From Blasia pusilla (lineage: Eukaryota), in NCBI GenBank assembly GCA_050084515.1, contig CM114271.1:40672001-40736000 (forward strand): DNA of 64,000 nucleotides, read 5' to 3'. The notes under the pieces were generated by a model. That model made no database searches. It was not told the origin of the DNA and saw nothing but the letters and a program-made list of their open reading frames with translations. The translations under genes were made by a program, and so were the position numbers. Of this stretch, positions 48,884-61,495 are shown piece by piece; the first letter of the stretch is position 1, and each line of letters begins with the position of its first letter.

Positions 48884-51800
48884 TCTATACTATTGTGGGA
48901 GATGGCCCTCTCCTTGCGCAAATAGCTGCGGTGCTGACACATGGCAATTTACGCAAATGGCACAGACTAGTGCAGACTGTTCCTTTCCCACGAGTGGACC
49001 CTTTAGGATTTCAGATGTGTGGCGTGAAATTAACCCGGGTTAGCATCGTATTTTCCTGGTTTCTTCAAATTTTCAAAATCTGTCCTAATAAAAGTTATAC
49101 TGTGAGCGTGCTTTAGGCAATCGACCAAGGATATATGTCGATGAGAAAGCTTATATGTGATGAGTTGTGAGGGCGGTTGGATTGGCCTTAGGTTTTATCA
49201 CCTTTCATGACAAGGTATTTATTGCTTGAAACCCATTTCATAAGTCCCACTGCGCGCGCTTCCATCCGTTATTCAAGGGTCCGCTTTTCATTTTCGTCAT
49301 TGATGCATTCATTTACACAACCATTGATGCTTCATTGTTCCTCTGATCTTCCATTGGTGTGCGTAGGCAATAAAGATTACATGTATCTTTGTAGGTCTCA
49401 AAGTCTATGGAACTTAGAGCTATATTGTATCTTAATGGTGTATTGTATACTATATCTGAGCGCTGTACTAAGGTACTCGAGAAGTGGTTGAGTTGCTATG
49501 CAAATCTGAACTCTACTGCATCTTTGTGAGGCATCGAAGCTCAAGGCTCTACTATATCTCAAACCGCTGCTCTTGCGTTGCAGATACTCAAGTGAGTAAA
49601 CTCTGCTCCGGGTTGAACTCCAGTTCCTCCGCTTTGCTTCGGTCTAACTTCTTACACCCTCGCTCAAAATCTCTCATTATTCATATTTTATTTGTACGTA
49701 TTATGTATAATATATTGATGTTTTCTCAGGCCTTTCAATGAGGATGGAGAAATGATACGAGAAAATCAAGAAGCTCATGTTCCATCCACACATCGACTAC
49801 ATGTATCACCAAGACGGGAGTTACTTGATAGTGCCCTCCATGAAGTTATTGAGAATATCTCTACGACATGGCCAAATACTTTTGTCATACGAGATATTGA
49901 GTTACCTTCCACTCTTCCAATTCTGATTCAACATGAAGTTGTTGAGAATTCCTTGACTCTTCCTCATCCCGGGGATGAAATAAGGTCAAGAGTAGATCAT
50001 ATGTCTTCTACCATTAATGGAGATGTGTTATCTCCACAAAGTGCCACATTATCAAATTCTTCTACAATTCCTTTGTTGTCTGTTGTTGATAAAGTTGTAA
50101 GATTAAATACATTACTCAATCTTGCAAGAAGACCAAATTTCGAAGAAAGTGATATTAGGAAGTTGCGATTACATAGGAGTTTGAATTGTATCAGCAGTCG
50201 TCATACATTGGGTTCTATGACAGAGATATGCCCATCATGTCATGCTTTACATTGGAAATGTGAAAGGGTGAAAGGTACAAAGTTTACTGACTCACCATAT
50301 GGCATGTGTTGTGGCCATGCCAGAATACATTTACCCCTCTTGAATTTGTCTTTTCTATTCCTGAAATCCTTGATTTTGGGTGTTGGTCCTAGAAGTCTTC
50401 ATTTTCTTACACATGCTAGAGCTTACAATTATGCACTTCAACTTGCATCTACTGGAATGCATGTAAATGAGCAAATAGGTGGCACCAGACACTGTAGGGT
50501 CCGAGGTGGGATTTATCATTCTATTGGACCCTTACATCTTGATATAGGGGGTCATCCCCAATTTGCTCAACTCTACATCCACGATACTGCAAATGAATTG
50601 GAGAATCGTGGAAGAGTTATGTCTGGATCTTCTGATCTTAATACAAATATTTTGAGAGGGCTACAAGACATGTTACATGAATGCAACCCATATGTGAAGA
50701 TCTTTCGTCATATGGCATATAAAGCAACTGATCTTAATATACGGATTGTCCTCAAGGCAAGTAAGAGAGGTCTCGATGCTAAGCATTATAACTTACCAAT
50801 TGCTTCTGAGGTTGCGGTTAATTTTCCGGGTGATGGTAGTGAAGATGTTGACCATCATGATATAATTATACGACCATATGGAGGAGGAGTGAAGCGAATA
50901 TCAGACCTGAATAAAGCATATATTCCACTACATTTTGTTCTACTATTTATCTATGGTGAAGCAAGTTGGCATCATGGAATAGCTTTTGGGAGGATTGAAG
51001 GCCATAGAGAATTGCAACGATTAGGCCGGATGATTCATGAGGAGGGAGACATGGAACCTTCAACAGATTGAATGGATGAGGAAAGAGTTGATGGTGATAT
51101 TATTGAGGAAAGAAAAACAAAGAGTGTTATGGCCTTGCAATTTGCATCTTTTTTAACTTCAAACGCGGATTGGAGGCGAAGAGAACATTCGGTTACTGCA
51201 GTTTGGTCGACTTACTCAAGAAGATATGGTTGACCTCTATGCCACTGTAGAGATGCAACGATTCTTATAGGTGTGCTTAAATCAGAAGGAGTTGAAGGCT
51301 GAATTATATCAAGCTGTAAAGGATCTCATGCATCGACATGACGTGGATAGTTGGAGGTTTGGGAGACCTTATTCTTTACTAGAGGGCCACGTCACATGCT
51401 CCAACTGTATCAAGATGCAATGGAAATTGCAAGACATTTGGGGAAGCTTGACTAATTTTTTACCATGATGTGTAATCCAAAGTGGGAGGAGATTACATGA
51501 GCCTTATTACCTGGTTAATCAACTGCATATCGATCAGATTTGGTCGTGTGGGTTTTTGAGAAGAAAAAGAAGGAGTTGTTGAGACTTATCATCAAGAAGC
51601 ACATGTTGGGATGAGTCGTAGGATGCATCCATATGGTGGAATTCCAAAAAAGAGATTTGCAGCATGTGCACGTTCTTATTATATTAGGACGGGAGAATAA
51701 TCCACGGACCACTCATGATTATGATTGTATTATTTCATCTGAAATCCCTGATTAATCTACCCATCCCAGGTTATATTCTACTATTGCTAATTTAATGGTT

Positions 51801-54800
51801 CATGGGCCATATGGACCAGTAAATCCAAATGCACCATGTATGGACAAGGAAACAAAAAAGTGTACAAAAGACTATCCTAAGGCTTTTGCGGCCAACACTA
51901 TAGAGACAGAAGATGGTTATCCGATCTATCGCAGATAAGGATCCTTTAATCTTGGCTTATCCTTATTATTGTAAGGCATATGATGCCGGTGTAGTACTAC
52001 AAAATATATTCATGATTTGTTACAGTATTTTTGTAGATTAGAGAATGGGAGGGCGATAATTAAGAGCCAACTTTCATTGGATAATCGTTGGGTTGTGCCC
52101 TACAATCCTATGTTATGCATCCTCTTCGATTGTCATATTAATCTTGAAATCACAAGTAGCGTTTCTGCCATCAAGTACTTATAAAAAAAGGTTTATAAGA
52201 GGTCCGATGCGGTATCATTCAAGTTATCAAAGGAAATGGATACATCCAATGCAATTGACGTTGTTGACGAGACAATGTCATATCTTGATACAAGGTATGA
52301 TTTTGCTTCATCATTCATGTGATGCATTATATTCTATTTCTATTATTCATGTGGCACCTTACTTGTTCTTTCTCCTTACTTGAATACTTGGAATTCTTAT
52401 TTTTCCAGATATATATCTTCTTCGGAAGCATGTTGGCGTCTCTTCAAGTTTTCTCTACATGTTGAACTTCCAAGTATTGTGCGATTAGTAGTTCATCTTC
52501 CGGAGCAACAAATAGTCTACTTCAATGATGTTGACGCTCCTTAAGATATTTTGCAATTAAATACAGAGATAACTTTGGCCCAATGGTTTGCAACCAATCT
52601 ATCTAACTCCACTGCTCGACAATATCTACATATAAATTTCCCTTCATATTATCGTTGGAGTAACAAGAGATGGATTCGTAGGGTAAGAAAATTTAATGAT
52701 TGTGGTCATCCCATTGGTTTCTTATACCTTACTCATCCAAGTAAATAGTTAAAAGTTGTTTGGAAGAACTTTGCTTATGTTTATATACCAGCCTTAGCCA
52801 TTTTCTTTTATAGATAGATAGGTGAGCTAAATTTTCTCACTTTTTCATAAGTGAAGGAGAATGACATTGGTTGAGATTACTCCTCCATCATGTTTGAGGA
52901 GCAACTACATACAAATGCTTGAGAATGTTCATGAGATATTATGTCCAACATTCAAGGAGGCTGCTATCCAATTGGGACTTCTTGAAGATGATAGGGAGGT
53001 GTTCACTTGCTTTGAAGAAGCTTCCATAATCCGTATGGGTTCTTCACTATGCCGTCTTTTTGCAATTATTCTAGCTTACAACACACATGCTCAACCTGCA
53101 ACATTATGGAGTCAATTTTTGGTTCCGTTGGTAGAAGATCTCTTATATGAACGACGTCAAGTAAGAATTTGATACTACCACTCCTTACAAAAAAATTCTT
53201 CCAAATAGTAGTAAGGTTTTCCATCTTACTTATATTGAGAATCCTACATACTAACCATGATTAAGACCTTTTTCGGAACTCTTCCATCATAGAAAATAGG
53301 AATTACTAATCTTCCTGTTGATGATGCTATCATTAATACTACATTATTGGAAGTCCATTATTATTTACAAGATAAAAAAAAAAGAGACTATCTGACTTCC
53401 CAGACATACCCCAAGCTAATTTCGAAAGCCCTCATTCACACTCCTACTTGGAGGAACAAGGGCTATCATATGATACAGAAGAATTATTTCAGCAAGTGTT
53501 GGAAGAAGCATGTCTAAATAAAGGACAACGCATATGGGATGCTATACGTGATGAGCTTGATAAAATATGCACAAATGCTCCACCATCTTCAAAAAACATT
53601 TTCATCGATGGTCTAAGTGAAACCGGAAAAACATTTTTAGATAATCTTCTCCTTGCAAGTGTAAGGAGCAAAAGAGATATAGCTTTGGTTGTAGCATCAT
53701 CTGGTATAGCTGCCTTATTATTAGACGAAGGATGTACTGCTCATTTGCGCTTCAAGATCCCCATAAATCTTCATGCAAGCTCTACTTGCAAGTAAGTGCC
53801 ATAATTTGTTCTAATTAGCTTCAATTTTTTTAATACATCAAATATAATTTAATTACTTCAATTATTACAGCTTCTAATTTTCTTCTTTTTGATGGTAGTT
53901 TATCAATCAATAGTGATGGAGTGCCCTTAATTGTGAGGCGATGCTCATTAAATGGGACAAGGCACCTATGACTCATCGTCATGTCTTTGAGGTTGTGAAT
54001 CAAACTTACACGATATCATGGGAGTTGTTTCGGATAATTTCTGAAAATTACCATTCGGTGGAAAACTTATGGTATTTGGTGGTGATTTTCGTCAATTGTT
54101 GCCTGTTGGTCGTCACGGGGATCGGCTGCAAATCATCCAAGCCACCATAAAGAGGTCTAATGTAAAGGTGATGAAGTTGAAAACAAACATGAGAGTTCAA
54201 AGGTTGAATGGTCATTTTTGTGATGAACAACAAGCTTTTGGTTATTGGTTATTGGTTATTCGAAGTGGGAGAGGGTCGTGTATGTTTGTACCCTCATTTG
54301 GGAGAAGAATTTATACGATTACCATCTGAAATTGTCACTAATAGTAACAAGATATGTAATCTTATTGATTTGATCTATGGCAATTCCATGACATTGATTT
54401 CTTAAGAGATGCGGCTTTTTTGACTCTAAGAAATAAAGATGTTGATGACATAAATGCAGACGTTATGTCTCGATTTCCGGGAGAGGTAATCCTTTTTACT
54501 TCTCTCCTTTCTACTTCTATCAATATGTTTTAGAGAAGTTTGGATATTCATATTACCTTTTCTTACTAATCCATTACATATTGTGTACAAGAGCATATTT
54601 GCCTTATCGTCCACTCTATTCCGAATGAGGGGTTGAGTCATATCTACCCAACTGAATTCTTGAACACATGCTTTCCTTTAGGACTTCCTCCGCATCGTTT
54701 GTGTTTGAAGATCTGTGCACCAATCATACTCTTACGAAACATGAATAGGTCACATGGACAAGCAAACGGGACAAGATTGGCAATTCTTGGATTTATGCGA

Positions 54801-55216
54801 CATTGCATCAATGTTGAAATTATCACTGGGAAGAATATTGGAGATTGAGTTTTTATTCCACGTATTCCATTGATTGCTTCAGATTTGGGTTTGCCATTTG
54901 ATTTACGTAGGTTTCAATTACCTATTAGGCCGTCTTTTCCTATGACTATTAATAAGTCTCAAGGTCAAACTTTGCAAAAGGTTGGAATTTACTTGCCTAC
55001 TTTCTCATGGTCAATTGTATGTAGCATTATCTAGGGTAGGAAAGAGAAATTCCATCCACATTACCATTGGAAGCGATGAACATTCAAATAAGGAAGATGA
55101 CTACATACGAAATGTAGTATATAGAGAAATATTGAGATGAACTAAATTTGAATTTTGATATATTTTCCCTTTGTATTACTTTACTTCACTCGTGCATCGC
55201 ACGGGCACCTTACTAG
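48884..55216 (+). mobile_element. Helitron with both termini and a degenerate RepHel gene
   Basis: 5' A|TCTATACTA; 3' hairpin CGTGC-ATC-GCACG (55191-55203) followed by CTAG|T; no TSD. Confidence 0.9.
49752..55140 (+). pseudogene. Helitron Rep (HUH)-PIF1 helicase, intron-containing, with stops and frameshifts
   Basis: CPSCHALHW..E...CCGH zinc motif; FAQLYIHD; EFQKRDLQHVH (HUH); FIDGLSETGKTF (Walker A); GGDFRQLLPV; LLRNMN...NGTRL; MTINKSQGQTL. Confidence 0.93.
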
Positions 55217-57153
55217 TGTTGTTTTAGTAGTGGCATCAACTTTATTTTCGTCCATAGTACAACGGAGATGCCATGTTAGTTAGTTTTTCATATAAAATTT
55301 AAACCAGGATTGCATACTTGTTTAAAAAAGGTTGGAATTGAGTTAAAGAAGGAGAAGAAGAATTCTTTGAGTGACATCATATTCGAACATATGACTTGCG
55401 ATATGTAGGGAGGGCTTTGACACTTGTATCATAGTCTCTCTCGATAAAGATGACAACAACAAAATTTTCATTTTCAGTGATTACCACCATCCGGGTCCAT
55501 TGTATCTTCCACCTCCCTCAAACCCTCGTGTACCTTTCTAGTGCATTTTTTTAAATGAAGTGTGGGAAAAATGGACAGATTTCTTGCATGACATATGGCA
55601 AACAAAAAATTACGAAGGCTACCATAAATTTTAATTTCTATACAATTTAGATCATGCATATTAATTTCAATTACCAACTTATACTTCATGGCCTCTTTAA
55701 ATCACATGGGCATCTTACTAATATTATTTATTCCTCTTTCATATTTTATGTATAAATTTCTGAGAATTTATTGAAATGAAACAAGATTCAAAGATTCTTA
55801 ATGCTTGAAATTTTATTTTTTTCATTCAAAAATTTAAATTTTATAAAATATTCTTATATTAAAAAGACCATAAATTTCCCGGAGATTTTTTCCCTCCCTT
55901 CTTTGAGTTTGCATGGGTTCGGTGCAGCTCCAATGCAATATCCAATTTCAGATTTATTTTCGAGGAATTAAATGCCAGTGCCCGTTTCAAAATCTCGAAA
56001 TTGTTAAAAAAATAAATATTTAATAATGAATGTGTTATAATTAACCACAGGTACTACCGTGGTCGTGGTAAAGTCGTGTCGATCAGCTTCCTAGAGTTAA
56101 AACTATAGTGTAGTATAGTTTCCGATTAATATACTGATATGATATACAATACTACGTGTGGTTTGTACTTTTTTATTAATTAATTTTACCGTTTTTCCAA
56201 ACGCTTCAATACTTTCTAAGATTCGTTTCTCACTTCTTAAAGTATGAGAGAAGATTTTAAACTAACCTCCATTTTGAATTTACCCCGCCACCATGTTCTA
56301 CGACTCAGTTGCCATCCCTGCCCCTTTGAAATACTTTTTGTCGTTTTAGACCTAATGTAATTAGTGGAGACGATTCGCTTAAAGCCCCTCGATTGTCCAC
56401 GCACCGACCGACCATTGGAGGACGCTTCGTTTTGGCGTGAGAAAGTCGCAAGTGAAAAGTTGAAAACTGTGAAATTAGGAGTAATTCGTTCGCATTTCGG
56501 TTGATGAAGACCGGAGTGCATATCGTTCGGAAGCTTTGAGGCACAGCAGTGAGCGGAGCGTCCCTGTTCCCGATTCCGTTGTTCCATTGTGGCCATTGCA
56601 TCAAAAGAGGTGGGCGCCGTCGTGTTCATTCATCGCACTGCATTGAAACCCAAGTGCGCCAGTTGCAGAGGCGAATTCCATCACTGTGCGGAAGCCGTGA
56701 GTTGGGAGTCCAGTGCTCGGGTAGTTACTTTACGCATACCTGGGCAGTTCCGACAGAAAGTCATTCCGGTTCAGCAATTTGCAAATCCCAGTCGGGAATT
56801 TCGCATTTTTACAAAGGAACTTTAAGGAAATGTCGGGAATTGGCCGAGACTTTCAGATACGTATCAGGAGTTTGTGAATTCTGTCGGCCGGCTGTCCAAA
56901 GAATGCCGGCCTTGGTTGTGACTCTCTTGCACCGATACATTCGCACGGAGGGCAGGATCGTGAAATGCTTTGTTCTTATTGACGAGCTAGTTTCCTGGCG
57001 CTGCTCGCAAACCTCACAAAAAGTTTTGATGAATGTGTCGGGAAAGGCACCGTAGTGCTTGCTCACTGCCTCGGTCGGAGTCGATCGCCGTGAAGGCTTG
57101 AACAGGAGACGAACCGTTAACCCGAGTTCAACCCAGGGTCGTCGGATGGATGA

Positions 57154-57252
57154 CCATAAGGTGCCGTTCCTTCCCCGACGGGTGGACCTTGGCGAGGAGA
57201 TGACCGTAAGGCGCCGTTCCTTCCCCGGAGGGAGTGGACCTTGGCGAGGAGA
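57154..57252 (+). repeat. Tandem duplication of ~50 bp (two copies)
   Basis: CC(A/G)TAAGG(T/C)GCCGTTCCTTCCCCG...GTGGACCTTGGCGAGGAGA occurs twice. Confidence 0.85.
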
Positions 57253-58924
57253 ATCCTTCGTCGTGCTGAGTCTTGCTCGGGAATGATGCCCTATAAACGC
57301 GTACCGATTCTAGTCGTCCAGGTCCGTCGTCGGCACAAGTTCACGGCAAGAGCGGGAGCCTGACATCGGCGACCAGTGAAAAGCCCGACCGTTTTCGCGA
57401 GTTTAGAACTTTTGATGACGTGCACAGGCCATGCAATCATAAATTCTTCCTCGAGAGGGCCCACCCTGTCGGCTTTCCAGGGAACTCGCAGGAGTAGTGT
57501 CAGGATTGTCCCTTGAGGCTCGACGCCATCGTGCCGCCCTATGCTCTCGCCCTGAATGCCTCCCCAATTCCCGATGTCGTCGGAGACTGGTTCCGGTCTA
57601 AGGTAACGGCGCGTTCGGGCGGAATGCTCTTTCAATCCACTTCTAAATATAGCTACTCGGTAGCCAGCTAGTTCTATTCCTCCTCGATCCGGCGGAGATG
57701 AATAGGAGGAAGCTGAATATCTCGCTGCCTATTTATCGGTTCGCCAAGTTTACCTTGCTAGGAGCCTGGGACTAACAGCTCTCTGTTCAGCCGAAAGTGG
57801 GTCCGGACAGTCGCCTACAATCCCTCCGGTTATGTCCCCGGCAACGGTCGCCGGCGCCTTGACCGGTGATTCGATCACTGGACCGATTCTACCCTACTGT
57901 AGGGTATAGGTGGGCAGGTAGCCTCATGTTAGGAAACCTCGGTGTGCATCAAAGCGCCGGTAGACCCGTAACTACGACTAGTACCGCAGTTAACTAATCC
58001 CGGAATCGCTGTTGGAGTTGATGATGATGATGATTAGAGAAGATGCGCTTGCTCGTCCGCATTAATCCATTGACGCATAGTCTAGCCGGTCGGCCGGCAG
58101 TCCCTGCATGTGGCAGTGACTGATTATGAATTTATGAACGAACGCGGCTCCCGGGAGCTTCCGAGGATCGTTAATAGCAATCAATAATACGGGAGAATTG
58201 AGCGAATCCACGAAGCGGATCGGACACGTCCAGATCTGAGGCACGGATACCAACGAAGCGGAAGCGGATTTATGTTCTCAATTAGCCAAACGAAATAGGG
58301 AACAAAAGGTACACGAGAACATTTGCTACCGGGGGTCCGGGATTGAACTCGAAATGCGAGAGTTCGATCATCGACGGATCCGATAATATTTTTCGAAATG
58401 GTGTACGCGTTCAATTTATGTCTGTCAACTAGGTGCAGCGGTGCAATCGAAGCATTTCTTCGCCGGCGATCTATTCTTAGAGAAAATCTACCTACGAATG
58501 AACGAGATTACTCTCTAGTTTCTCCTTTCCTTGCGCCAACTTCCACTTTCAAGTGCACCCCTGTTCCGATGACTTTCAATTCTACGCGTACACTGAAAGA
58601 TTTTCATAAATACGCTCGCGATGGGAGGCCGGGTGCTACACCAACTAGCTTTGAATGCCAAGAGCACGAATGTCCTGAGTTAGTATTGGCTAATCTAACG
58701 TGGGGCGTCGTTGGTATCTGTATCCTTCTCCTGCCTAGGAACTGCGAGGCTTCCGCACGGAATCGCACCGCGGCTTTGTCTCCAGGGCCGGCTCTCTCGC
58801 TGCGAGGATAGACTACGTGTGCAAGGCATTACGCGCGGCATGCCTCTGTCCGTCCGAGCTCGACGAGCGCTTCTCGAGAAGACGCAAGCGAGCCGGTCCG
58901 GCTGCCGGAGGGCGGAGTGTGGAG

Positions 58925-59150
58925 CAATGTCCGGGGAGAACCGGGGTTACGTGTTGAGCTGGCCGGAAGAATTTGAAAATTTCCGATTCAGGTTGTCACT
59001 TACCGGCCAAAAACCGAGGGTTCAGGGAGGGTGTCCTTTGTATTAATATCTGTTTAGCCGGCTGGAATGAGGAAAACTTCGAAAATTTCCGGTCGGGTTT
59101 GTAGAGACCGGAAATGTACCGGTTGTCACGAAAAAACTCCCCGGACCCTG
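58925..59150. mobile_element. hAT-type MITE (226 bp)
   Basis: TIR CAATGTCCGGGGAG vs CAGGGTCCGGGGAG (12/14); perfect 8-bp TSD GTGTGGAG (58917-58924 and 59151-59158); CCGG-rich subterminal motifs. Confidence 0.88.
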
Positions 59151-59454
59151 GTGTGGAGGCTGAGTCTGGACTCTGGAACAGTGGAATCTGTCGCGGGGGG
59201 AGTCAGAACGGAAGGAGGAATAACGGAATGCGATCGATTCATCCATGCTTAATCACTCATCATTAGCTACGGGATCTACGAATATTGACCTTACGGGCCT
59301 CGCTAATGATGGGGAGACGTTGTACCTCTGTTGTCAGCTCGTCCTTTACGCCAATTTTCGAATGTTCCATATTTCCACGGTGTGGATTGTGCCATTACTA
59401 GTGCATCACTCAGGTAATCGGCTTCTTTAAACTCTATTATCCTTGATCCTCATT

Positions 59455-61495
59455 GACGCCTTCAACTAAGGATCTCGGGCTACTATGTTGAGGGACGCGG
59501 GTGGCCCCATGGCGAGCCTCATTCCCTTTGTGCAGGCTTTCTATGGGGTTCCTTCGGCCTTCTATTTCCACCATGGTCGATTCGAAGAGGAGGTCACGGT
59601 CTTGGAGTCTGCTACCGGGACTCGTCAGGGTGATCCTCTGGGTGGCGCGTTGTTTGTTATGGCTCATTACCGAGCAGTTCTTTCTACGGTGGAGGCTTTC
59701 CCGGGTTGCATGTTCCCTTCGCTGGCAGATGATACTCATATTGTTGGTCCTGGAGATCTGGTTGTCCCTGCATTCGAGCACTTTTCAGCACAGTTGGCAC
59801 GTGTCGGCCTAGCGGTGAAGGTGGGGAAGTGCAAGGCTTGGTCTCCATCAGGCCTACGTGATGATCTACATTTACCCGACGGCTTCTTGCGACCTGTCGG
59901 AGGGCTTCGAGTCTTGGGAGTACCGCTCGGGAGCCAGGACTTTGTATCGACTTTCGTGGCAGCGGCTCTTACCGAGGATCTTCTCCACGTTGATAATCTT
60001 ACGAGGATTGGTGACCCTCAAGTCGCCTTCGGCATTCTCTCTTCTTGTTTTGCTCGTAGACCTGGTTACCTCACTAGAACTGCCGGACATCTAGTCACCT
60101 TTCTTCCCTATATAGATCCTTTGATAGGAAGCTCATGCAGGTGTTTGGGGATCTTCTAGGACCCGGCTCCTTAGAGTGCCCCATGGGGAGTTAGCTCGTA
60201 GACAGGCCTCTTGGCCGATTTCTTTTGGTGGAGTAGGTCTTCTCTCGACCGAGTTAGTGGCGCCCTCCGCTTTTTTAGGGAGTTGGGCCACAGTGGCACC
60301 CCTCCTTTGCTCCCGATTTTTGGTTAGAGATAGACCGCTCCTTCTACACTACGTCTCCCAGGTCGAGGATGGCTCTTTCCCACTTCAGTCTTCACTCACA
60401 GCTTGTAGAGATTCCCTTCGAGTTGAGGCCAGAGCCGTTCTCCCCACTTTCTCCTCCTTAGTTACCTCCGGTCGGGCCTGGGCTCCAATCTTCCTTGATG
60501 GAAGCCCACTTTGAGGCGATTTTAGAGGCACTATGTCCGACGGGAATATCCCCATGGAGGTTAGGGCCCGATTCGCTCTTGCTCCGGAAAGGGGCAGGCT
60601 CATGGGTAGGGGCGCCCCTTCTCGAGCTTTCCGATCGCACCACTTACCTATACCACAAGCGATGTGGTTCCGCTTGGGTCTCCCCAACCATCGGTGGTTG
60701 GTTCGACACACTTTGCGAGTGTCGCGAACTGGATCCACTTGGTGTGCATTTGGCATTTGTCGTTGGGGGTGAGAGGATAGCCACTCACGATGTAGTGCGG
60801 GATATCATGTTCAGTATTGCTCGGGAGAGTGGCTTCCATGTGCAGAGAGAGAGGCACTACTCCATGCGGGATTCCCTCATTCGTGCCGATCTCTACATGA
60901 CACGTGAGGCTGAGGTGGTTGTGGCGGACGTGGTAGTCACAGATCCTACGCGGGAGGCAGTGCGAGCTCAAGTGGTGGCCCAAGGGCGAATGCTACAAGG
61001 AGCGGCGGCGGCGGCGGCGGCGAAGAAGACACATATCTACAGTCGACTACACGAGGGACAGATCTTCATCCCCCTGGCCATAGAGATGTATGGGGCTATG
61101 GGGGAGAGGTTCGACTTCGTTCATACGGATCGCGCCCATCATCTCCACTCGAGAAATGGATTGTCCTTAGCTACTGCGATTCTGTATTGTAGGCAGCGGG
61201 TCTCCATAGCGTTGCATCGTGCCCAGGCTAATGGGATTTTGCGGCGGGCTCAGGCTAGAGAGGCTACTACTAAGTGGGCCGGCGCTAGAGGCCCACTTAG
61301 TAGTAGTCATAACTCTCTTGTTGTTGCTGATATTGTCTCTGCTGTTGGTGAGTTTCGTCGTTAGGGGGGAATTACCCCTTCTTCCTTTTCTGGTCCTGTT
61401 GTGGCCTTCAAGTTTTGACTCTTTGAGTCCCCCTCTTTTGTACTTCCGATGGGTTTTCCATCACTCTTTTTATCGAAGTGCATCTTTGTTCTTTT
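59455..61495 (+). mobile_element. 5'-truncated CRE-like non-LTR retrotransposon (RT plus C-terminal restriction-like endonuclease)
   Basis: GTRQGDPLGGALF, SLADDTHIVG, RVLGVPLG, GGVGL; then C.C...H, HDVVRD, RADL, VADVVVT, K..Y, FIPLAIEMYG (RLE). Candidate TSD ATCCTCATT at 59446-59454 and 61496-61504. Confidence 0.85.

Noticed and set aside
56809-57066. ORF with HYGAFPDTFIKTFCEVCEQRQ, reminiscent of a Ginger/GIN integrase zinc-finger end
   Set aside because: No DDE core or TIRs seen; the resemblance is too short.
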